Origin: Reclinomonas americana ATCC 50394 | Lineage: Eukaryota | Assembly: GCA_048213135.1 (NCBI GenBank) | Contig: PS015148.1 | Coordinates: 110,982 to 154,752, forward strand | Reading direction: 5' to 3' | Length of the DNA stretch: 43,771 bases | In this document: one piece after another, positions 35,501-43,771 of the stretch | Numbering within the stretch: the stretch's first letter is position 1 | Layout of the letters: every line of letters begins with the position of its first letter | Notes under the pieces: model-generated | What the model saw: only the letters and a program-made list of their open reading frames with translations | Told to the model about the DNA's origin: nothing | The model's database searches: none | Made by a program: the position numbers and the translations under genes

Positions 35501-37392
35501 TGAGCGCCGTCTTCTCAATGATGCGCATGCGGAGGGCGGCCTCCAGATTCTCCATGATCTCGTCGAATGACTTGACGAGAACGCTGTCAAGGCATGAGGC
35601 ACGATGAGCACGAGAAGGAGACAATAACACGACGAATGCCCACGCAACTGATTGGCACCGTGAATGTAGACGCCCTTGAGGCGGTCCTTGACCACGCGGA
35701 GCTTCTTGGAGTCGCGCTCCGCCTCGCTGGTCACCAAAAGATCGTTGATCTGCTCCATATAAATCTGTACAATTGTAATTTCTACTTCGGTGCGGATGTT
35801 GCGATTGGTGGCCATCTCCGCCTCGCAGCGCTCAAAGAGCTCTTGGCACACCTGCGCACAAGGAGAAGGGAGGTTAACGGGGAGAGAGGACAAGGGGGGA
35901 GATGACGGAGAGGGGAGAGAGTGCCGAACTGCAGTGTTGCTGATGCAGGTGTGAACGTGTTCGAGGCTCATTAATCCGCTCTCTTTCTCTTTCTGCGTGA
36001 GTGTCTTCTCTGACAGAGCGTCGTGCTGGTGTGGCACGCACTGGAGACAGAAGTACCCCGCGAATGGTGCACAGTTCTCTTCGTCGCGAACTCGGACAGT
36101 TGCTCTCAGTGCCTCTTGCCACTGTCACGCAGGGCGATCGCTTCTCCCCTTCTAGCAGCGCTACAGCGTGGGAGTGAAAGCTCCTCCACATGTGCCAGTT
36201 CTCTTCAAGGGAGTTCTCAAATCAGTGACCACTTTTCCAACTCATTCTTCAGACGATGCGGTCGCTTCCAGCGAGCGAAAGCATATCTTCCCCAAAGCTC
36301 CTGTTGCTCATTACTCATCTCTATTTCACACACTCTTGCTCTCCAATATAACTGAAGAGTGCTTGGAGAGTGAACCTGCATCGCGTGTTGCCGGTTGTCT
36401 ATTCTCCTCTCCATCTCACGTCTCTTCCACATAACTAAAGTGTATTTGGAGAGTGAACCTACATCGTGTGCTGCCTGTAGCCTATTCTACTCTCCATCTC
36501 ACGTACTAACGCAGACGTTGCCACACACTCTCCTATGAAACTGAAGAGTGTTTTGAGAGTGAACCTGCTTCTTGTGCTGCCTGTTGCCATTTCTACTCTC
36601 CATCTCACGTACTAACGCAGACGTTGCCACACACTCTCCTATAAAACTGAAGAGTGTTTTGAGAGTGAACCTACTTCGTGTGCTCTCAACTTCACGCTTC
36701 CTCGCACAGTGCCGACAACCCTCTCCCTCTCAGCTAGCGCAAGTAGTTTAGTGTGGTGCGCTTGGCGCACAAGTCTTTCTCTCACATACACACCAACACA
36801 CACACAAACACACGCACACGCACACGCACACTCTCCCTGTCTCTTTTCACGCACACGGTCGCTCGGTGACAGAACCGATTGAGAGTGGATCGTCTCACAC
36901 GTTGCCTCTTCTGCCTCAATCTCTCTTCTGCATGCAAGTGCCTGGAGTGCTCTCTTCACACTCCTTCCCCCCTTCCACCCTCTCTCTCCTTCACGCAACT
37001 CTCGGCATGATACCCTGATCCGCTCCCCGCGGCGCTCCCACCATGGAAAACGACTTGCCCGATCCACTCTGCCCATACGCAAACAGACTGCTATTGTAGC
37101 CCTCCAGCGAGTTCTCCAGCACCGATCGCCCCAGCCGCTCATACACCAGATTCTGATCGGCAAAGTGCGGATCGCGCGGGTCGTGCGACCAAATCGAATA
37201 GTTGAACGCGTACTGTCGCGGCGGCTCATTCGGCTTGTGCGGGTTGTAGATAAACGTGTGCTTGCGTGACTCATCGTCGGCAGGCATGTCCACAATGCAT
37301 CGAATGTTCGGGTCTGCATGTGAGAGAGAGTCAGAGAGAAACTCCGATCTGCAACCGACAATGTAACTCAACACACATACACGCTCTCACTA

Positions 37393-37472
<80 letters not shown>

Positions 37473-37720
37473 CACGTTACACACACACANNNNNNNNNNN
37501 NNNNNNNNNACAGACACGCAGTGAGCAAAGGAGTTGACACGAATCGCACATTCTCTCTCTTTCTCTCTCTCACCCAGCGATGTGCCTGTGCAGTGAGGCA
37601 TGCACACACACACACACACACAGAGAGTGAGTGAGTGAGTAGGCACAAGGCATACACACGCGCGCGTACACACCGAATGAACGGGCGCACGCGCACTGCG
37701 ACCTTGATGGTTTCTGACAT
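29203..37720 (-). CDS. Kinesin-3 family motor (KIF13/KIF28-KLP-6-like): motor + coiled coil + FHA + stalk/C2-like region + C-terminal CaaX; about 23 exons
   Basis: IKVAVRVRPF, YAFNYSIWSHD, P-loop YGQSGSGKSFSM, switch I NDQSSRAH, switch II LVDLAGSER, KPAYRDSRLT, NLSEDP + FHA (VAPIHCRFEN, THVNGKEITEPTVLRH|GSRIWIG), WTYEDFCNRY, DDPF. Last exon 29203-29244 AQQPAKKGCCSLM*. Confidence 0.92.
34451..35450 (-). repeat. 1-kb kinesin intron largely filled with a pyrimidine-rich (sense) degenerate minisatellite
   Basis: + strand units such as gaaagcgaagagggcgaaagggtgaagggg recur about 34480-35070. Flanking exons join HFRK|TDLR in frame. Confidence 0.8.
36351..36684. repeat. Intronic tandem repeat, unit about 83-106 bp, about 3.4 copies
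   Basis: Units start about 36351, 36434, 36540, 36646 with act(g/a)aag(a/t)gt...gagagtgaacct...ctccatctcacgt; two carry actaacgcagacgttgccacacactctcctat. Confidence 0.88.
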
Positions 37721-37730
37721 GGTGTCTTGA

Positions 37731-37761
<31 letters not shown>

Positions 37762-38421
37762 TCCTCTTTTTCTTCTTCTTAGAGAGTGTCGGGTGTGTGC
37801 CGGCTCCACACGCACACCAACTCTACACCTTCGGAAAAACTTACAATTGGTCGTTGGCGCCAATTGCATGATTGATCGCTCACAGGGAGAGAAACGCAGA
37901 GAAACGCCCTCTGTCTGTCTGTGATCGCAGCGAGTGGTCGATGTGATGAATGCTGAGCGTGATACGCATGAGAGTCGTCTTTGTTGAAACGAAGCACGAT
38001 CTGTGGGGAAGGAACGGGAAAGCAGCAATCTTTTGTTAACAAGCACGCACGCACACACACATACACAAACACACACATACACATACGCACAGCTGCCGCC
38101 TAGACTGCAGTTTGTGTTGATACACATTGTGTGTGCTTCCGTCGACGTCGCCATCCACCAATCGGAAGCTGCACGTCTCCGAAGAATTGGCATCTGCCGC
38201 CCACCGCAGTCAATGCCGCTGCACCATTCGAGAAGGGCTCTTTGACGTCGGAAGCATCACCCCACTCAACAATTCCGCATGCTGCTGACCGCTGTTTTGT
38301 TGCGATCCTTCAGTAAACACTAATGGTGCATTTTCCTTTTCATTTTTTGCAGGCGCGAGTGGTCAACCCCTTCCTCCTTTCCCACACACGCACTACTATG
38401 TTTGCCTACTACACACAACTG

Positions 38422-41400
38422 CTACCGCATATCATCCACAACACTATTAACGGAGGCCGCCTCGGCCCCAAGCGTCCCTGCTGCCTCGGCGGCCGCAGCG
38501 GCCACCACTGCTGCTGCCACTCCGCCGTTCGCCACGTGCGCATGCGCAATGGCACCCATGTCCACATCGTGGCCACTGCCGCTGGGTAACCTGGAGCCGT
38601 CCATGGGATCGAGCATGCTCTCCGAGAGCCACAACTCCGACGAGCTGGACCGGTGGTGGTCGGAGAGCGGTCGCCGCCGCAGCCAATCGGCAAACGGCGA
38701 CTCGGAGGCCGAGCGACAATGCCGCAGCAAGAGGGAGGTGTAGGCGTGGGCCACGTTCAGCGCCATACTGGCCACCTCCAAGTACGGCAGCTCCAAGCTG
38801 CTGCCCGTGGTGACTGGCAACGTGCGTGTCCTCGACGGTCTCCTCCTCCGTCTCCGGTTGGCCGGCAGGGCGAGTTCGTTCTGAGCCTCGGCCGTTGTGA
38901 CCTCCAGACTCCTCTCGATCCAGGTGAGCTCCATTTCCAGGGCGGCTGAAGGGGGGAAGGGGGAAGGGGGGAAGATGGGAAGTGTGAGTGCATGAAGAGA
39001 AGAAACTCAGCATTCTGAGCGAGAGAGATGAACAAAGGAAGACAAGACAAGCATTGAGCTGGACTCAGCATCTGCCTACCACTCAAAAGCTATAACGCGC
39101 ATAGACTGCACACTCTCAGATCATGCCTATCAACTCATGCCCAATGTCGCTGGCAACAAAGACGCACACGAATAGTTTGGACACTCCTATCGTTCCAATC
39201 CACTCACTCGCACAAGCAATGTAGACGAATCAGGCAAATATATATTCTCCTGTCAAAGCACGCCATTCTCCTCGAAACGATCACTTGCACGAGCGGCACA
39301 GCAAAGAACACGAATAAGCACTTTTCTCATTTTCGCAGGATGCCGATCTACTCCATCTGCCTCTCGCCTCATCTCGCTGACAACCAAGAAGCAGATGAAT
39401 AGGCCGCCCCCACTCTTGGCATACTCTCTTCTCTTGCCGTTCCACTCTGTCACAGACAAGTGACATGCACACCCCACCTCGCTGACTCTCGCTTTGTCAC
39501 CCTTATCTCAACTCATTCCACTCGAAAAAATCAACGTGCACGAGTGCCATGCACACCGCATATCTCTCACACCCAAGGCAAACGACCGACACTGCATTCT
39601 CACTCACAGCGCACACAACTCATCTCGCCGACCTCGCTGCATTCGCACTCTTATCGCAAGCCGTCCACTCAAAACTGCACATCTCTCACAACCACTGCAT
39701 TCTCTGCGCAGTCTCTGATTACTTTCCCTCTTACACCTTTCACCTCACTCTTGGTACCCTCTCAGCGTCTCTTGCATCAAGCCCTCACTAAAAAGGCACA
39801 CAATGCGATTCCGGTAATCTCTCTCCCTGCTCAATATTACCAAAAATGATCCGCTCCATATTGCTCTTAGGATGCCACCCTCTGTCACCCACTCACCAGC
39901 CTTGTCCAACCACATTTCGAGATGCGCCTCGCTGAACCCAATGCACAGAAACACTCCGTCGGGACTCCACGCGACGCTCTCCGCCTCCAACCCTGCTCCC
40001 GCACTCGACAACACTCGCAAAACTGTCCCGTCTTTGGATCTGCGGGAGCACACACACGAGTCAGGCACACATATCACTCACATGGCAACGAAAGAATGCG
40101 GAACACACAACTGCACGACATTATGTAAACCATCCGCCGACAACACCACCAGCGTGTCGCCGAGAGGACACCACTGCATGTCGGTGATCATGGGCGACAT
40201 GCGCGATGTGCTGATCCGGTGGCCCGTCTGCGCATCGATGCACAGCAGCATGCCGTTGAACAGCGCAATGGCCAACGTCGCGCCGTTTCCACTCCACCGC
40301 AGCATGGCCACGTCGCCCGAGGCGCCAAACTCATCCTCCTCCTCATCGTCTTCCTCGTCGTCATCGTCATCCTCCTCCTCCGCGTCTGCCCTCGCTTCTC
40401 TTCTCCTCATCGGCACATCGTCTGCTGCTGCTGTTGTTGTTGTTGTACCGCCGCCATCCTCATCGTCATCCTCCAGCGTGCCACGCACCGCCATGGTGGT
40501 GAGCAGGCACGCTNNNNNNNNNNNNNNNNNNNNCCATCCGCCAAGCGACACACGGCCACGGCACCCTGCGCGCCGACGGCCGACACCGCCACATTGTTGT
40601 GGCACGGCGAGACGGCAAACGCACACACTTCATCCTCGGCCAGCAGCAACGCCGGCGCCGGCAACAGCGGTGGTCTGAGCGGATCCCGCGCCGACAAGCG
40701 CGTCACGCCCAACCCCCCACTCAACGCCGCCGTCACCACCCACACCTCCTCGCCTCCCGCCGCCACAAACGCCTCCACGCCCACCGAGAATCGCGCGGCC
40801 GGCAACGGATGCGCGCCGAGCAGCGCATTGTCGCGCCACAACACCAACCGCCCATTGGCAAACGCCACCATGAGCATCGGCGTCGCACGCCACTCATCCA
40901 CTGGCACAGCTCCCGGCGCAGACGACGACAACGGACTGACCCATGCCACGGCCACCACAGCAGCACCCGACGAATCCCTTCCCATAGTCGTTGCGCGAAA
41001 CGCACTGTTCGAGGATGATGATGATGATGATGATGACTTGACAGTCGCGCGTGGTTCTTCGCCGACAACCACATGCTCATGCGCAAAGGACACCTCAAAC
41101 ACACACACGCGGTCGCTGACTGAGGAGCACGCGGCCAAGAGCGCAGTGTCGTGTGCGGGCGAGAAGGAGACCTGTGCGTGCGCAAAGCCCACGCGCTCAC
41201 TGATTGCTGCTGCTGCTGCTGCTGCGGAGGTGGTGTGAGGGTGACCGAGGCTGGGGCGCGCGAGAGAGGCAAAGGCGGAGCCCTCGGGTGACCACGCGTG
41301 AATGCTCNNNNNNNNNNNNNNNNNNNNNNNNNNNNNNNNNNNNNNNNNNNNNNNNNNNNNNNNNNNNNNNNNNNNNNNNNNNNNNNNNNNNNNNNNNNNN

Positions 41401-41943
41401 NNNNNNNNNNNNNNNNNNNNNNNNNNNNNNNNNNNNNNNNNNNNNNNNNNNNNNNNNNNNNNNNNNNNNNNNNNNNNNNNNNNNNNNNNNNNNNNNNNNN
41501 NNNNNNNNNNNNNNNNNNNNNNNNNNNNNNNNNNNNNNNNNNNNNNNNNNNNNNNNNNNNNNNNNNNNNNNNNNNNNNNNNNNNNNNNNNNNNNNNNNNN
41601 NNNNNNNNNNNNNNNNNNNNNNNNNNNNNNNNNNNNNNNNNNNNNNNNNNNNNNNNNNNNNNNNNNNNNNNNNNNNNNNNNNNNNNNNNNNNNNNNNNNN
41701 NNNNNNNNNNNNNNNNNNNNNNNNNNNNNNNNNNNNNNNNNNNNNNNNNNNNNNNNNNNNNNNNNNNNNNNNNNNNNNNNNNNNNNNNNNNNNNNNNNNN
41801 NNNNNNNNNNNNNNNNNNNNNNNNNNNNNNNNNNNNNNNNNNNNNNNNNNNNNNNNNNNNNNNNNNNNNATGGGAGTGGCGGAGAGAGGCACAAACACGT
41901 GAGGATGTGTGGGAGGAGGTGGAGCAGCAGCACTGGCCGCCAT
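38422..41943 (-). CDS. Divergent WD40/beta-propeller-like protein of unknown function; interrupted by N gaps
   Basis: MAASAAAPPP start at 41943. Blade-like segments HAWSPEGSAFA, LRWSGNGATLAIALFNG, DMQWCPLGDTLVVLS, SVAWSPDGVFLCIG. Intron about 38947-39895 joins KA|AALEMELTW in frame. Confidence 0.6.
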
Positions 41944-42189
41944 TCTCCTCTCAGTGAGACACACACACGCGCGTGCAGAGAGTAGGAGTATGGGACGCGT
42001 GCGCGTTGCTCCTTTTCGTCTGCGTGGGTGTGTGATGAATATCGGGACAGAATGGGTTAGATATCTGACGCGCTCGCGCGGTCATGACGGACAAATAATG
42101 CGAATGCAATGTCGACCTCGTACATTCAGATCACAAGTCGACTAATCGGGATGGTACAACGAAAGGAAGGGGGTGACATCATCAGCATC

Positions 42190-42340
42190 TTACCAGGCCC
42201 ACACGGTGCCCTCGAAGGACTCCTGCACGCCGTTGATGGTGATGGTGGTGTTGATGAAGAGCGAGTGGCCCGAGGCGAGGCTCAGGTGCAGGTCGCCGAC
42301 CTGCGTCGAGTTGAGCTGCTCGTTGAAGACCACGGCAGAG
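42190..42340 (-). CDS. Terminal exon of an unidentified gene that starts beyond or near the right end of the window
   Basis: Pyrimidine tract, then gcgcag|C TCT GCC GTG..., reading SAVVFNEQLNSTQVGDLHLSLASGHSLFINTTITINGVQESFEGTVWAW* with strong GC3 codon bias. Confidence 0.6.
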
Positions 42341-43523
42341 CTGCGCACAAGGGGGGTGAGGGAAGGGAGGGGGCAAAGGGGAAAGGAAAGGGGAAAGGAA
42401 GGAACGCAATGAAAGAATGGCTACGCTACAAGAGAACAACTACAACTGCAGTGTGTGCTCTGTAAGGTGACAGGAGAGCGTCGTATCTGATCGAAAGTGC
42501 ACTGGCCACTGTTCCTATCTCTCTAATTGCGTTGCTTCCATCCACTCTGCGAGTCTCGCTGATACGTGGATCAAACATGCAGTTGACGCACAGTTCTCGA
42601 TGTCTCTGTGCCTATTTGACACACGAATGCATTGCACGGACGGCTTGCTGACACTCGTTATCACAAACCATAACAATTATGTTGCTTCTATCAAGCATGC
42701 AGCCTGCATACCGTCACTTCTATAACTCTCAATGTTTCTGTCTCTCCAGCCCACAACGATTATGCTGATTGCAACTGATCTGCTTATCTGTCACGAGTAG
42801 ACGTGCCTATCATCAACTCACTGCAGGTGTGTTCCTTTCATCCACTATACGTGTCTCACTGCCCCTGCGCTTATCGTCACGAGAAAGAAAGACGTTGACG
42901 TAAGGTGTGTTGCCTTTTCGTCCGCTCTGCGTGTCTCGCTGTCACGAGGATCAAGCACGCAGACAACACACCGCCTCTCTGCTGCAATCCTGTTGTACCA
43001 CTGTCTCTCCTGCGTGACTTGCTATCACAAATGGCAGCATGTCGCTCATGCCTGCTTATCTCTGCGACCAATCGCGAACGTGTTTCTTGTGATCCACTGT
43101 CTCGCTGTCACGATTGTCAAGCACGCAGTTAGCGCACTGCCAGCTGTTCCTGTCTCTCCAACAGTTCGCGACATTTGGCCTGCGCCAACCACCATGCCAC
43201 GTTCTTCTGTTTGCTCAGTATGACGCGAACCCACTTTCTTGCATCCACTCTGCGTCTCACGATGAAGCACTGCCGCGCTTGACAAGAGCACACCGCAATC
43301 CGACAGATACTGCCAACCTCACTGCTGCAACCATCACACGAAGAAGCGCTGTCTAGTTGTTACCAACAAGGCTGTTCAATCTCTCCGTGCTTCTCTGCGT
43401 GTCTCTGCAATCAGGCTGCAACAATCACACTCAGAGGCGCCGCGCCTGTTCCCTACTCCTTCGTCTCTGACGATGTTTGCTGCCTTTCTGACACGACGAG
43501 TTGATTTGCTCCAGACAACGATC

Positions 43524-43771
<248 letters not shown>

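Noticed and set aside
36351-36684. CRISPR-like reading of this repeat and of 21172-21387 and 26046-26480
   Set aside because: No unique spacers between identical repeats, no cas genes, eukaryotic context.
6182-36999. Reading GTTGCG donors as G|TTGCG non-GT introns
   Set aside because: Where the next exon starts with C, T or A (e.g. 35648, 20694, 19356), only GT...AG boundaries keep the frame with an AG acceptor.

Overview
Intron-dense, GC-rich, gapped genomic scaffold from an unidentified microbial eukaryote, apparently using the standard genetic code. Manual splicing gives about 11 tightly packed genes, 9 on the minus strand: the 3' part of a Pro/Ala-rich protein ending in a WW domain; a secreted S8 (KP-43/Tag-like) subtilisin with EGF repeats (27 exons); an EF-hand+WD40 protein (WDR49/WDR64-like); TMEM14; ALG10; a RING/TRAF-zinc-finger protein with a Btk-type zinc motif; an intronless WD40 gene; an unknown membrane protein; a kinesin-3 (motor, FHA, KIF13/KIF28-type stalk) ending in a CaaX box; a divergent beta-propeller protein; and the last exon of a further gene. 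The most unusual signal is in splicing. First, 25 of roughly 100 hand-modelled introns use an atypical donor, GTTGCG or GTTTCG, with G at +6 rather than +5. This donor occurs almost only when the exon does not end in G, which looks like routine use of +1-shifted U1 pairing. Second, there are extreme micro-exons: a chain of 3+9+3+3 nt exons rebuilds a Btk-motif consensus, and a 6-nt exon supplies the subtilisin catalytic His. Third, there is a tandemly duplicated intron with an internal AG|GT site, and a fold-back intron. All gene models were derived by eye and lack transcript support.
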